Positions 31,931 through 43,800 of a stretch of DNA of 64,000 bases are shown here, piece by piece. The DNA lies in assembly GCA_009859145.1 (NCBI GenBank), contig VRVR01000021.1, forward strand, positions 71,507 to 135,506, given 5' to 3'. The position numbers and the translations under genes were made by a program. The first letter of the stretch is position 1; every line of letters begins with the position of its first letter. The notes under the pieces were generated by a model. It saw nothing but the letters and a program-made list of their open reading frames with translations. It did no database searches and was not told the DNA's origin. The DNA comes from Andalucia godoyi And28 (taxonomy: Eukaryota > Protista > Jakobida).

Positions 31931-32236
31931 ACTATCCGATGACATTCACAGCCACCCACCAGTCGTTTTGGGTTGGAGGGTTATAAGGCTTTGCTTCTCT
32001 GATGCAACGGTTCACCACCACGTGCGTTGCATCACGACGTGCTGCTGCTCGTGGGAGTGCTCGGAAGGTAGCCCCTCACCCAATGCCTGTCAGAATTATT
32101 TTTTAAAGAATAATGCACCGTGCACTGTGGTGATCAAGAACGAAAAAGAAAACCAAAAAAGAAAAAAAAAGAAAGAAAGAAACTTTAATTACAGAAGCAA
32201 CAGGGGAATGGATCAACGTCCCGTCTGTGTGTGTCA

Positions 32237-33010
32237 TTACTGCGCAGTCCATCCTCCGTCGACTGTGATAGGCTGCCCGGTCAAGAACGAAGCTTCGTCC
32301 GATGCCAAGAACAGGACGGTGTTTGCAATTTCTTCTGGTTTTCCCATCCTTCCCATTGGCGTAGCGTTTTCAAACATGATTTCTGCCTCCCTACTTCCTC
32401 CCGTAAACCGATCAATCATCGCTGTTCGAATGACGCCCGGATGAACGCTGTTGATACGGATTCCCGACTTTGCGTAATCGAGTGCCGCCGCTCGCGTCAG
32501 GCCCAGTACAGCATGCTTGGAGGCCACATAAGGAGCAATTCCAGTAAATCCCACAAGACCTGCAATCGACGAGCAGTTCACAATCGACCCGCCCCCACTC
32601 TGCTTCAGCATCACGCCAATCTCAAGCTTCATGCAGTTCCACACGCCGCGCAAGTTCACATCGATGACCCTGTCGAACGCCTCGTTGGATTGGTCTGCTA
32701 GAGATCCTTGCGCGCCTTCGATTCCAGCATTGTTGAACGCACAGTCCAAGCGGCCAAACGCTCGGAGCGTCCCGTCAATCAGCTTCTGCACTTGCGAATA
32801 CGACGATACGTCGCATGGAAGAAAGATTGCATTCTTGCTCTGCGTAAGCTCGTTGATTTCTCGTACAGACGACTGGCCGTCCACAGTGTTCATATCGCTC
32901 ACAACGACGCGGGCTCCTTGCCGTGCAAACGCTAGTGCAGTGGCTTTACCAATTCCGTTTGCACCGCCAGTCACCAGCGCTACCTTGTTTACAAAGCGAA
33001 GCGCACTCAT
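32237..33010 (-). CDS. Classical short-chain dehydrogenase/reductase (SDR), bacterial-like
   Basis: TGGANGIG (TGxxxGIG), NNAGI, YVASK (YxxxK), G..ITVDGG. Confidence 0.92.
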   Translation of the reverse strand: MSALRFVNKVALVTGGANGIGKATALAFARQGARVVVSDMNTVDGQSSVREINELTQSKNAIFLPCDVSSYSQVQKLIDGTLRAFGRLDCAFNNAGIEGAQGSLADQSNEAFDRVIDVNLRGVWNCMKLEIGVMLKQSGGGSIVNCSSIAGLVGFTGIAPYVASKHAVLGLTRAAALDYAKSGIRINSVHPGVIRTAMIDRFTGGSREAEIMFENATPMGRMGKPEEIANTVLFLASDEASFLTGQPITVDGGWTAQ

Positions 33011-34436
33011 TCCTTGTTGAAAGTAAACTGAAACCGGTTCTTCAGCGTCTGTTTTTTTCGTTCTCTCTCTCTCTCTCCTTTTTTTTTTCTTTTCTTTTTT
33101 TGCGGAGAGACGGTTTTAGCGCGCTTTTACTTTGGCTTTTGAAGGGAAAAAACATTCTGCTGCGCGGTCCAAGAACGTCGAGTAGAGGTTATTTTCATCA
33201 TCATTCACATCCATCTCTCACTCTCTCTCTCTTTTCGACAACGCTACCTCGCCAAGTTTCAGGTATTTTTGAAACAAACACGAACATCCAACACTTCCAG
33301 TATGACCAGATTAGCCCTTGCAGAAGCAAAACGCCTGCTTATACGCAGCCCTTGTTGGGCTGTTGCTCGTTCGTATCGTCTCCATGCTGCAATGTTGCTT
33401 GTCAATGGGAACTAGGAAAACGACCACGTCTCCAGGAGAAGCGGCAGGTCTCAGCTCGTCGTCACCAGAAGCAGTCTTCTTCGGACGGTTATATTTGTAA
33501 GCAAACAGACTGCCCCCTCGCAGGACGCCACAACCGCAGGGCGTTAGCGAGAGAAGAACCCCCCAAAACAGCAGTGGAGGGGAAAACACCCAGCACGACC
33601 ATCCGTTCGTTCAGCGGAAATGAAAGGTTCGGAACAATGCAGAACAGACCATGTGCTGCTGCTGGCCGCAAGCTGAATGTGCAGGTCAGGTCACACGGCT
33701 TCGAAAGAAAAGTCTCGAACCATTGACGTGGATTGGAAATGCTACCATAAACCTTGTTTTTGGCTGGCATAGCGGATCATGCGGGTGGGAGCAAAGAAAC
33801 GGCACAAGAGTAAGGAGCAGCGGACCCAGTCGTCTTGCTGAGCATGCTTGTTTTCCCTCAAACGGAGAAGACCAAAGGGCTCGGCCCGCTTCTCTGCTTG
33901 GATGGGCCCAAGTGTTTTCGCTTGGGAAGGAAAGCGTCTTGCCAAGGTCCAGCTCCGGACTCCTCTGATCACCGAAGAACGATGACATGCACCCGACAAT
34001 GGATGGACACGTTCCGTTTGCTCGCACCGCATGGTTTGAAACTCGCGAACCTCAATGCGAGGAATCGAGATTGCGTAACTCCGCCGCTACCATATTGATC
34101 GATTGCTGGTATTTGTTTCCCCGTATTGCTCAGACGGCCACAGTGGACCGGACTTTTAGCACGCCAGGAAGCGTGCGGGCTGTGCACAGACGCAGTGTTC
34201 ACGGGAATTTTTCCGGTAAATTCGTCGCGTGCACCCAGAAGTGAAAATGGTCCAGAACAAAACACATGCGCGTATCAGCGAAGGACGATCTTCTTTCGTC
34301 GTTCTCTCTCATCTTCTTCCTCGTTTTCTTAATCAGTCACACTTTCTTTGGCTCCAAAAAGTGCTACCTCTTTTTTTTTCCTGCGTCTGACCGATTGGCA
34401 ACAGGAAGAAACAAGCAACACAAAAAGTATCCAGCC

Positions 34437-35282
34437 ATGGGGATTTGCAAGTCCAAGCATTCTTCTGCTTTGCAAAGGCAGGGCAGGATCGAGAGAGAGA
34501 GGGCAAAGCTGCAAGAAGCGCGCCCGTCCGCAGTCCAGGTGTCCATCATTCGATCAAAAGGCACTGGTGCAAAGCGAACAGTCGCGTCTGAACACTTTCG
34601 ATCCCCAACGCGAAGAAACGCTCTGAGACCGAAAAGTGCATCAGCGATCGCGTCTTCTCGAGGTGGCGCGCTGGATGACGCCAGCCCGAGAGCATCATTT
34701 TATCGTAAGCATGCACCCGCATCACGCGTGATGCACTGTGTGGAATGCCCAGATGATCTCTCAGCGTTGGCGGCGCTCAGTGAGCCGCTTTCAAACAATT
34801 CTTCCAGAAACACTGCGCACGATTTCAGCAGTACTGCTGAAGCTGAAGCTCAGAATGCAAATATCGATTCGACTGCAAGATGCGATTCCGTAGAGGTCTG
34901 GAGAAATTTGCTGGTGTGGTCGCAGTCATCGGCGGCCGCTTTTGCTGCCCGACCCTTCGCGGTACACCAAGACGAAGAGCTCTTGTCGCCACATCGCCCA
35001 GAGGATGCGCAAACTATTCGGACGTTTGAATCGTTTTTTCTGCCTAATACTCCTCTGGATTCGCCGACGGATGAAAGATCGGATTTATGGGAGAAAGAGT
35101 CCCAAACTGAAACCCCGCAATCCGTGCCGGATGGCTGGGTGGACACTCGATGGGCCGAGACCAAGAAGGCTCGGCTGCGGGTTCGATTCTCTGCCTCTCC
35201 CATCGCTTCTTGTGTGTACTACTCCGTGGATTCCGCACCCCGCAGCGTCTCTGCCTCTTGCCTCTTGCCTCTGTCGCTCTAA
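34437..35282 (+). CDS. Orphan protein with N-terminal MGICKS acylation-like motif and C-terminal RVRF motif
   Basis: First ATG after the T-rich leader within the 338-aa ORF; stop at 35282. Confidence 0.65.
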   Translation: MGICKSKHSSALQRQGRIERERAKLQEARPSAVQVSIIRSKGTGAKRTVASEHFRSPTRRNALRPKSASAIASSRGGALDDASPRASFYRKHAPASRVMHCVECPDDLSALAALSEPLSNNSSRNTAHDFSSTAEAEAQNANIDSTARCDSVEVWRNLLVWSQSSAAAFAARPFAVHQDEELLSPHRPEDAQTIRTFESFFLPNTPLDSPTDERSDLWEKESQTETPQSVPDGWVDTRWAETKKARLRVRFSASPIASCVYYSVDSAPRSVSASCLLPLSL

Positions 35283-35471
35283 ATTCAAATCCGCCTGCTG
35301 CTGAAGAAAAGTCGTGTATGTGCATTGCAGACTTGCAGATCCAGGGGCTTCCGAAATATAATGCCCAAGCCTTTGCTCCAGTGTCTTGAACTGATGCGCA
35401 CGGGGTTCACTGGTCACCACAGGAAGACAAGAATGCGTCGAATATATTAAAAACTCGAGCGACCACGCACA

Positions 35472-35504
<33 letters not shown>

Positions 35505-36929
35505 GAGGAGTCTGGGATGCCGGGATAGTGGATTTTCAAGATGTTGCAGCAACTGAAAAGGGTTTGTGTGCGCTTGGATTCCACGGGGAAAGAGAACGTC
35601 GGAGAATCGGAGAGCAGCTGCTATCCATGTATGCCATCCTGTCTACTATGGACCTCTTCGAGGAAGTTGTGAATGAATGAAGCACATCTTTTTGCTTCCC
35701 CCTTTTCTTTTTTTTATATTTAAATTATATATTATCTTTTTTTAAATTTCGCGAGCCTGAGCCTGTGCCTGTGAGGTTGGAAATCAATATGTGATCTTGC
35801 GCACAGTGCGGGATCCTTTTTTCCTGCAGTCTGATGTAAACGATCGCGCAGTTTGCAAAAGATGGTTTTGACTGACAACGGGCATCAAATATAGCGAGAT
35901 GTGTGCTTGTGCGGGGTTCGTTCATGCGTGGGAATCGCGAAATCGGGGCGGGGCAATCGACCCCTGCTGTACGTCTTTGTGCCCAAATGGAGAACTGGGC
36001 GACGTGACAGACGGGCAGCCGACGAAGCGTCGCATTCGTCGGATGCGTGACAGTGTGCGTGAGAAACTGACAAGAGCATCAAAAGAATAGACGCTTCCGC
36101 CCGCGCCCCGCTTCCTTTCGTTTTCCCGGCTTTTTTTTTCCGTTCTTCTTTTGTTTGCTGATACGCGGTGCAGCCGTCAGGCGGGCGAACGCTTCGTGAC
36201 AAACGGCGAAGATCGAGTCGTTTCCTATGCGAGCAAAGGAAACCGTCAAACTGGCATCTCAGTGCGAGCAGATGGTGCACGAGTTTGTCGGTGCTGATTC
36301 CGTGGTGCTCTGCATTCCATGATCCTGACAGCCAGATGATGCAATGTCCATCACAATGTGGCCTGGGGTTGAAAGAAGATGGGCTCTGCCGCTTCCACTC
36401 TCAACGCGTCAGGGAAGTTGCTTACCGCCCGGTATCACAGATTGGTTCAGGCCGAATTCCTGCTTGTACTGACCTGTCATTATTACATTGGAATCCTCTC
36501 TGGATCGTCGCCTGTGCTCTGGCGCTCGGTGGTACGTGGACCAGTGCCCAGCCCGTCCACGACCGCGGGCTCGAGTGAAAAGAATGATCGGGTATCTTTG
36601 AAGGTTTGGCCCTCCGCAGGACGATGACAACGAGTCGACCTCAGAATTCCCTTCCTTGGAAAAACATTCCTTTTCTACTTCATCTGCAATAATCTGTCTG
36701 CTGTCTGCTGCTCATCACAATCGACCTCTTACGTGCATTGTAACCTCCAAGTCTCCCCAAGTTCCAGGTTCTTGGCTCTTGGCTCTCGTTTTAGCTGTGC
36801 GATCTGTATCATTGGCATCACGTCTTCCTCCTTTCTCTGCCTCTCCACCGGCTTTTTTTAGGGGGGGGGAAAGCGAGGTTCACAGCAAACTCAGGAAAAG
36901 ACCGTCCGTGGTTGCATTCCAACATTTGG

Positions 36930-38069
36930 ATGGGCATAGGTAATTCTAAGCGGAGGAAGTCCGCCGGAACGTCTCCGATCAAAGAAAAGGCCCCACTGAA
37001 TGCAAAGGATTCGCAAGCGACGCAGCAGAGTCCTCGGCCTGACCAGCGAACTCCGGCTTCCACCAATCACACTTCTGTCGTGTCGTTCGATATGGTAGAA
37101 ACGCCGTCGCCAACTCTGGAGGGAACATCCTTTCCGACCGCAGGCACTGCCGATCTGTTTGTCCGCAGGACAGAAGGATCTCCGAGCGCGAGCGCATCGC
37201 CAATGCTCCCTGTCTCGGATCAAAAGGAGAACCACACCGCGCTGGGCAACTCTCCTTCGAAAGTCTTTGCGGTGGTCCCTGCCAATCACAGTAATCAAAC
37301 AGTCCCGTCTCTCTCATATTCCCAGTCTCCTTCGCGACCGCTGGTTTCCAAATACGTTGTCACTCCCAAAATAATGCCCCGTTCTCGTTTCAACTCCGAT
37401 GCCGATTTACATCGCACGACAAATTGCAAGCAGTATGATCCTTTGCTGATGCTTTCGTCGAGCTTCTCTCCTGCACAGAGGAGTGTGCTGATGAATCGCG
37501 CAGTTGCTGAAGGCTCCGCCAGCCCTGCCACAAACACTGACGCGTCGTTGGATTCCGTTAGTATGCCCAAGCCTCTAAAAGGGATCTTGCGACACACGAG
37601 CACCGTGGGAAGTTTACCTGAAGCAAGGAGGCGAGGCTTATCGCTGATCATGCGTGCTGCACCGCAGGTAAACAGCCCCGCGCGCCCCTCCAAGAACGTG
37701 CAGTTCGGGACAGATGAGAGTCGTGTTCTTGTTTTTCAGCCGTATTCTCCTCCGTCGATGAGTGCAACGGGCTCTGCAGGCGTGGATATTTTCCAATCTG
37801 AGAGATCTCCATCGCCGGCATTCTATCCCTCCGTACCTTTGTACAATGTATATGCGGACGACTCGTCTTCGGAGGATGAAGACATGACAGAAGATGAGCG
37901 AACGATGATCCAACGCAAATTTGGAGGCGTTCTAGTTCCAAGTGGACGAGGTTTTGTGCCTTTGTTGTTTCCTCCCGCAATCATCCCCAATGCGGTGTGC
38001 CCGGATAGACCGGGCGATAGGGATGTTGATGATAACGACGATGATGAACATCACTTTGTAATGGAATAA
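36930..38069 (+). CDS. Orphan Ser/Pro-rich protein with MGIGNS start, KGILR and KNVQF motifs (candidate PP1 interactor)
   Basis: 385-aa ORF, first ATG at 36930; motifs read from the translation. Confidence 0.7.
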   Translation: MGIGNSKRRKSAGTSPIKEKAPLNAKDSQATQQSPRPDQRTPASTNHTSVVSFDMVETPSPTLEGTSFPTAGTADLFVRRTEGSPSASASPMLPVSDQKENHTALGNSPSKVFAVVPANHSNQTVPSLSYSQSPSRPLVSKYVVTPKIMPRSRFNSDADLHRTTNCKQYDPLLMLSSSFSPAQRSVLMNRAVAEGSASPATNTDASLDSVSMPKPLKGILRHTSTVGSLPEARRRGLSLIMRAAPQVNSPARPSKNVQFGTDESRVLVFQPYSPPSMSATGSAGVDIFQSERSPSPAFYPSVPLYNVYADDSSSEDEDMTEDERTMIQRKFGGVLVPSGRGFVPLLFPPAIIPNAVCPDRPGDRDVDDNDDDEHHFVME

Positions 38070-38140
38070 GCGAGTAGAAGGGTGTTCTTTCCTGAAATAT
38101 TTCCCCCATCACTGCTCTCCATTTTTCAGTGCTCTGGGGC

Positions 38141-38173
<33 letters not shown>

Positions 38174-38379
38174 CGTGCGTGCGTGTGCGCGTGTGTTTGT
38201 GCTCGCTGTTGCGATTCATAGAACTTCAAACCATAGATTTCTGGTTCGGGCTATACACTTAATTGAATTAAATAACAGACATTTTGTAGTGTACTTTGTT
38301 TTCTGAACATGTGCTGTTTCTTGATGTTGTTGTTTTTTTTTTTTCTTTTTTCTTCAATTTATCCAAATTCGATGTTGCC

Positions 38380-40266
38380 TCACGAAGGAGCCCACGCATT
38401 GCTTTTGTGTTTCGGCACAAATTTAAAGTCCGCACTGGGGGGGCCCAAGAACAGTTCTGACAATCGCATCCAATCCCCTAGATAGGGAGAGGCCATCCAA
38501 GACTCGAGATCCGAGCGGCCACAAAATGGCTCCGGTCTGTCCGTGATCCGAGCAGGAACGTGCTCAAGAATTCCGACCGGAACGTAACGATGCGAGAACG
38601 ACATCCATTCCAGCAAGAATCGACGAGTCGCCGAAACACCGTGAGAATCAGAACCCCAATGTTCAAGCCCAAGATCCACAAACTTCTTGATAACGTCCAG
38701 TCGTTCCGAGGCAGAAATATCCCAGTGTCTCTTCTCTTTGATTTCCGTGAATAGCCACGGTTTGATCAACGCCCCCCGACCAATCATAAACGACGTCATT
38801 TCCGGGATCATCGTCTTGTGATCTTCCACATCTTCCCAGCAGAAAATATCACCATTGCCAATTACCTTCGTACGGCAATTCGGAACTTGTTGCGGGACCT
38901 TCTGGCATTCGGCAATATACTCCCAAGAAGCAAGTTTTGAGTACCGCTGCGCGCGCGTCCTCCCATGAACTGTCACAAGAGGGAGGTTCATCTCACAGGC
39001 TTGCTTCACCAACTTCGTGCCATAAAGCTGCTTATCATCGTGCCCAATGCGGATCTTCGCTGTCACGGGGCATGTTCCTCGCAACGAGTTTTGCAAGCCG
39101 CACAAGACACCTTCCCACCGCAGTCGCCGCAGCGAAAGACCGCACCCCATTCCTCGATCCACAACCGGTTCTAAAGGGCATCCACAATTCAAATCGACAA
39201 AATCCACATTCGGAGCATACTGCCGAATCAGCTCTCCGCATTCAGCTGCCATGCCCGGCATGGAGCACGCAACTTGAACGCCAAAGATATCCTCCGATGG
39301 ATGTCTCTTCAGCAGCGCCCATTCGGACTGGGACCCAGCGCAGAGTTCCGGCGCCAATGCCATCTCAGACACAGTAATATCCGCACCGAACATTTTGCAG
39401 ATTGCTCGGAACGGCAGGTTTCCAACAGTTGTTAAGGGTGCCAAAATCAACTTGTTATCGAATGTCCATTTTTTCGGGGCTTCGAACCACGTTGGATTCT
39501 CCGAAGACGTCGCACCATCCACGGAGGGATACAAGCGAGGGACATGTGTTTTCCTCTCATTTTGGTACTGGAAGAAATTAAGCGTTACGAAACTTCCTTT
39601 TTCCCGGTATGCAGCATATGCATCCCAGACTTTTGCGAATGCCGCGGAATGCGGCCTTGCGTGATCCTTGCTGCGGATCTGATTGAGAGTATTTCGGTCG
39701 ACATAGTTAATCGGTCTGAGGCTTCCGTCATATCGATCCATGGACGCATCATGAACATGCCCCGGCTCGCTGGCGAATGCACAGTCTCGGAACGGACACC
39801 TTCCAACCGACTTCATAAACGGACAGCAAATATGCTGAACGTGCTGCTGCACATCCCAGTCCTTGTTCCACTCCGTCACGAAGTTTGAGTCATGGACGCT
39901 GTCAGCCATAATCATGCTCATCTCATCATCTTCCGTCGTGTCGAGGCGCCCATTTCCAGACATGACTTTCTTGCGATCTCTGGCCGTAATCTGGCCTCGG
40001 AAGCGAGCCTTTTTCGCAGCTGGCGGCTGCTGTCCATGTCCTTCCGGGGCCCCCGCTTCCGAATGACCTTCTTGCTCGACACTGCTCGTCGCATCCGCTG
40101 TCTGCTGGTTCTTCTTCTCAGAAAGAACTTGCTTGGCTCGGTGCCGCCACATGTTCCAATTGAAAGGATGGTCTCGTGACAGCACGTGCTCGGCCTTGAT
40201 GTGCGCCTTTCCCCTCTCGTACTTTTGCTTGGCTTCTCCAGATTCCATCGACAACGAACCACTCAT
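38380..40266 (-). CDS. DUS3: tRNA-dihydrouridine(47) synthase DUS3
   Basis: CCCH-type finger, LILAPLTTVGNLPFR, SEWALLKRHPSEDIFGVQ, VDLNCGCP, TVHGRTRAQRYSKLASWEYI, FVPKHKSNAW. Confidence 0.93.
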   Translation of the reverse strand: MSGSLSMESGEAKQKYERGKAHIKAEHVLSRDHPFNWNMWRHRAKQVLSEKKNQQTADATSSVEQEGHSEAGAPEGHGQQPPAAKKARFRGQITARDRKKVMSGNGRLDTTEDDEMSMIMADSVHDSNFVTEWNKDWDVQQHVQHICCPFMKSVGRCPFRDCAFASEPGHVHDASMDRYDGSLRPINYVDRNTLNQIRSKDHARPHSAAFAKVWDAYAAYREKGSFVTLNFFQYQNERKTHVPRLYPSVDGATSSENPTWFEAPKKWTFDNKLILAPLTTVGNLPFRAICKMFGADITVSEMALAPELCAGSQSEWALLKRHPSEDIFGVQVACSMPGMAAECGELIRQYAPNVDFVDLNCGCPLEPVVDRGMGCGLSLRRLRWEGVLCGLQNSLRGTCPVTAKIRIGHDDKQLYGTKLVKQACEMNLPLVTVHGRTRAQRYSKLASWEYIAECQKVPQQVPNCRTKVIGNGDIFCWEDVEDHKTMIPEMTSFMIGRGALIKPWLFTEIKEKRHWDISASERLDVIKKFVDLGLEHWGSDSHGVSATRRFLLEWMSFSHRYVPVGILEHVPARITDRPEPFCGRSDLESWMASPYLGDWMRLSELFLGPPSADFKFVPKHKSNAWAPS

Positions 40267-40607
40267 TTCAAAAATCACACTAATTCGTAATTGCTAAACA
40301 AGTCTCCCCAAAACCATCCGTCATTACGAAGAGAGAAGGAGGAACAGCAGCAACAATGCTATCAGCGAAACAACACTTAGACCCGCAGTTTGATTTGTCT
40401 TTTTTTTTTCTTTTTAGTTTTTTTACGACCGCGATTATTGCATTCAAACACAAATGAAAAGATGGTGCTTGGGCGGAGTCCTCTTAGTCTTTTACCCGCT
40501 CTCCGTAGTATGATGATGATGATGATGATGGTAGACAAGCATGCACACACTGGTGATTTTAACCGCGAGTTGCTCGCAGGCAAGCCATCTCCGTCTTGCC
40601 CCGCTTT

Positions 40608-42521
40608 CTAGTGTTTCCAGCCCGACACGGGGCTTCCCTGAACCCCAGCATCGTCTGCAAACGACGGCGAGTAGGATCGAATAGAATCGGGAGATCGGCG
40701 AGTCGGGAAAAGCGCAGCAGTTGCCGGTCGCTTTCGAATATTGAAGTTCACTCCTTTTCGATCAGACTCCCTCTCAGGAAGCACTGGACTCAAAGTAACT
40801 TTTCGAATACCGGACATCGAAAGCGCAGACGAAGGGCGAGCCGCTTCGGCAGGAATAACCTTGCTGGCAGCATCTCGCAGGTTGGTGTCGATCGTCAGTG
40901 CTTCCTTCTTATTCTGAAACAACAATGGAACATTCTGCACAGGCAGCAATCTTGTTTTCACCTCTTCTTCGCGTAGAGAGGTGATGACCGAGCAAACCTC
41001 TTGGTCCAGCCGCTCGTCATACACATCCATATCCTGCTCAGCCCATTCGCCGTCATCGTCGATATGAGACGAAGACATTGCCGTGGATGGTCTTGAGCGA
41101 GCCGTACCCGGTCGGCCCGAGGCGGAAGACATTGCCGTCGTTGGTCGAGAATTTCGGCGTGAAGATGCTCTCGATTGCGAGGAAGACGGCCGAGACGCGC
41201 TTCCAGATTTCTGCTTCAAAACCCCAAACTCATTTTGCATGAATCCGTATGTCAAAATGCTATATGGCTTCCCATCTCCCTTGTCCTCCGGCAAGGAAAA
41301 ATGCGCACTCCGGTGCGTAGACGCAGCAGAATCTGATCGTAATCTCAAATCAGAATCGTCGTGGCACGCACGCAAGGACTGTTGTCGCATCGATTCATCA
41401 AGAGAAACGGCCGAAAGGTTCAGCGGTGGCGACAGTGGTCTTAAGATGGAACGAGAAGGCGGTGCTTGAGAATGCAAATGGGAATCTGTAAGCATCAACA
41501 ACAAAGGTCCAATGTTGTTTGCAGTGGACTGTGGGAGGCTGCTTCGACGGTGCTGTCGAACTAATTCCAAAACTCGAGCGTCCTTTGCTTTCCGAATTGC
41601 ACGCTGCCGATCCTTCTCGACCTCGTACTCGTCTCTCCATCGCTCATACTGACTTGAAACGCTGATGGGGTCCTCCGAAGGAGAAGCCACTCTCTTAATA
41701 GGACTGCTTTCTGGGGAGCGCTTCCTCCTGTCTCCGGTTGAAGGACGCGCTTCGGGTGCAGCGGCTGCAATCACTTCAGGTGAACGCTGGAACCGAGCTT
41801 GTAACTGTTTTGATTTTGCCGACACCAGTGCAACCGGATCCACCTTTCCGCGAGAACGAGGTCCATCAAACGAAATAAACTGTGACGATTTGAACTTGCG
41901 CTTGTCTACGAAATCCACGAGTTTTTTCGAATAAGATGCTGTTGGTGCCTCGCTTTCTGCTTTCAGGAGCCGCAAATCCGCAATGGACGTTTCCGACACA
42001 GACAACAGGGCTGGAATCTCTCCAATGGAATGCTTCTTAGGAGGAGAAGCCTCTGACCGTGCTGGAGAAACCGGTCGACTCATCATGGCGGAATCGATGG
42101 ACCTGCGCACCGCAAGCGCGCTTTGAGATCTATACTTTCTCTGTTTTGCTCCAGAATCCAGCAATTCTTTGGTGCGCTGCGAGTTGTCTGCAACCGTTTC
42201 GCGCCACTGCGAAAAGGCATTCAGTAAATCGGAAGGCACAAAAACTGGAACATGTGGTGCTTCTCTCCTGCTTGCCAGCCGTTTCTGTAAATTCAGGGGC
42301 GGACCGTTCGCAGTCTTCGACTTCAATGCTGACGACGGACGAACAAGACTATCTGGTCGGGACCTTGATTTCATCACAATAGAAGGTGGACTACGCAAAC
42401 TCAGCGTTCGCGACAAGGACTGCTGCGGAATTTTCTTTTGGAGATCTTGCTTTCGAAACGTACCGCAGCCAGCAGATCTCCCAATGACATCTTCAATCCC
42501 AGGAGCACACCTCCGCTGCAT
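40608..42521 (-). CDS. Low-complexity Ser/Arg-rich orphan protein with RPSTA/RPxSA repeats
   Basis: 637-aa ATG-initiated ORF; no folded family recognised. Confidence 0.7.
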   Translation of the reverse strand: MQRRCAPGIEDVIGRSAGCGTFRKQDLQKKIPQQSLSRTLSLRSPPSIVMKSRSRPDSLVRPSSALKSKTANGPPLNLQKRLASRREAPHVPVFVPSDLLNAFSQWRETVADNSQRTKELLDSGAKQRKYRSQSALAVRRSIDSAMMSRPVSPARSEASPPKKHSIGEIPALLSVSETSIADLRLLKAESEAPTASYSKKLVDFVDKRKFKSSQFISFDGPRSRGKVDPVALVSAKSKQLQARFQRSPEVIAAAAPEARPSTGDRRKRSPESSPIKRVASPSEDPISVSSQYERWRDEYEVEKDRQRAIRKAKDARVLELVRQHRRSSLPQSTANNIGPLLLMLTDSHLHSQAPPSRSILRPLSPPLNLSAVSLDESMRQQSLRACHDDSDLRLRSDSAASTHRSAHFSLPEDKGDGKPYSILTYGFMQNEFGVLKQKSGSASRPSSSQSRASSRRNSRPTTAMSSASGRPGTARSRPSTAMSSSHIDDDGEWAEQDMDVYDERLDQEVCSVITSLREEEVKTRLLPVQNVPLLFQNKKEALTIDTNLRDAASKVIPAEAARPSSALSMSGIRKVTLSPVLPERESDRKGVNFNIRKRPATAALFPTRRSPDSIRSYSPSFADDAGVQGSPVSGWKH

Positions 42522-42788
42522 ACTGCCAACCTACACAGACACTATGCTAAACCAATCCAACCGCGCAACTGAGAGAAACTATGTATCGCAGAATCGTACC
42601 CAAGGTTTGAATCAACAAGTGTTTTTTTTTGTTTTTGTTTTTGTTTTTCAATATTTAAAACACACAAATTTTCACTCTGTTCGTTCAAACCCTATCTCGA
42701 GTGCATTCTTGACATCTCAAACGGAAGCGGGGGGCGGTTGTCTTTGATATTGCTCGCATCTTTGAATATCAGAGGTCATCATCGTCGT

Positions 42789-43147
42789 TCCAGGTGCTAC
42801 CCTCTCCAAACATTTGGCTCGGATGCTGCGCCTCAGACAGATTATTTTGGCGTAGAGGGACTTTATAAATCCGCATCAGCGCCCATCCCATGAGTTCCCC
42901 TTTTGAGTGGGCCATTCGTGGGTCTGCGCACCCTAAAAAACAGAAACAACCTGTGTTTTTGTTCAGAGCTCTCGAATGGATCAATGAGTGCATTTGTTAG
43001 AACCGTTTGGACTTTGGGAACCAGGAAACTAGGGATTTCAACGAGCTTCATTTTTGCCATTCCGCATTTTTATCCACTTGTTCTTTCTCTGTTGTCAATC
43101 GAGCAGATATTGTATTGATTGTTGATTGGCAATGGTGTGCACCACAC

Positions 43148-43182
<35 letters not shown>

Positions 43183-43270
43183 CCGCGGTGGAGGAATCAT
43201 CGATTACAAAGGATGCGGCTCTCAATATTCGACAGTGTCTCATTGGGCCTCGACCTGCACACCTACGCCG
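42789..43270 (+). repeat. Dispersed repeat family B, copy 2
   Basis: Homologous to 31583-31930, with extra sequence before and after the (GA)n tract. Confidence 0.92.
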
Positions 43271-43800
43271 CCGCGACAACGACGACGACGACGACAACAA
43301 CAACAACAACCGGTAGCAGCAATCTGCAGGGGAACAGGGTCGGCCTTCGTTCAACAGCAATGTCAACGGCTGTAGGGGTATATCATGGTCCATTCGTGAT
43401 TCCCCAAAAAACGATCTCAAAATCTACAGCGGTTTCAATCCTGCCCAGTCTGCCCCACTGCTCCCCACCGCACTTCCCACGCCCCCGTCTTCCCCACGTT
43501 CCAACCGAAGTCCATAAACCGTTCAAACGCTTCCTTCTCGTCTTTCAGTCTTTTGTTTTCTAAACGCTCTTTTTCAATCCTGCTTAGTTTCTTTCTTCTC
43601 TTTTCCTTCTGCATTTTTCTTTTTCTTTTTTTTATTTTCTTTTTCCTTTTTTTATATTAAGCTTTTTTCAGTTTTTTTGTTTGCTTTTGGTTTCGCTCAT
43701 ACTTGTTCTTTTTTTTTCCTTTTCTTCTCTTGTCCTCCTTTCATTCCCCCTCACCAGTGTTTACTGCCTTCTTCTTACGCGTCTGCACATCACTCACTCC

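Noticed and set aside
36168-36627. Two overlapping short ORFs (136 aa and 82 aa)
   Set aside because: The frames conflict and neither has homology evidence; the MGSAAS ORF is mentioned only as a possibility.
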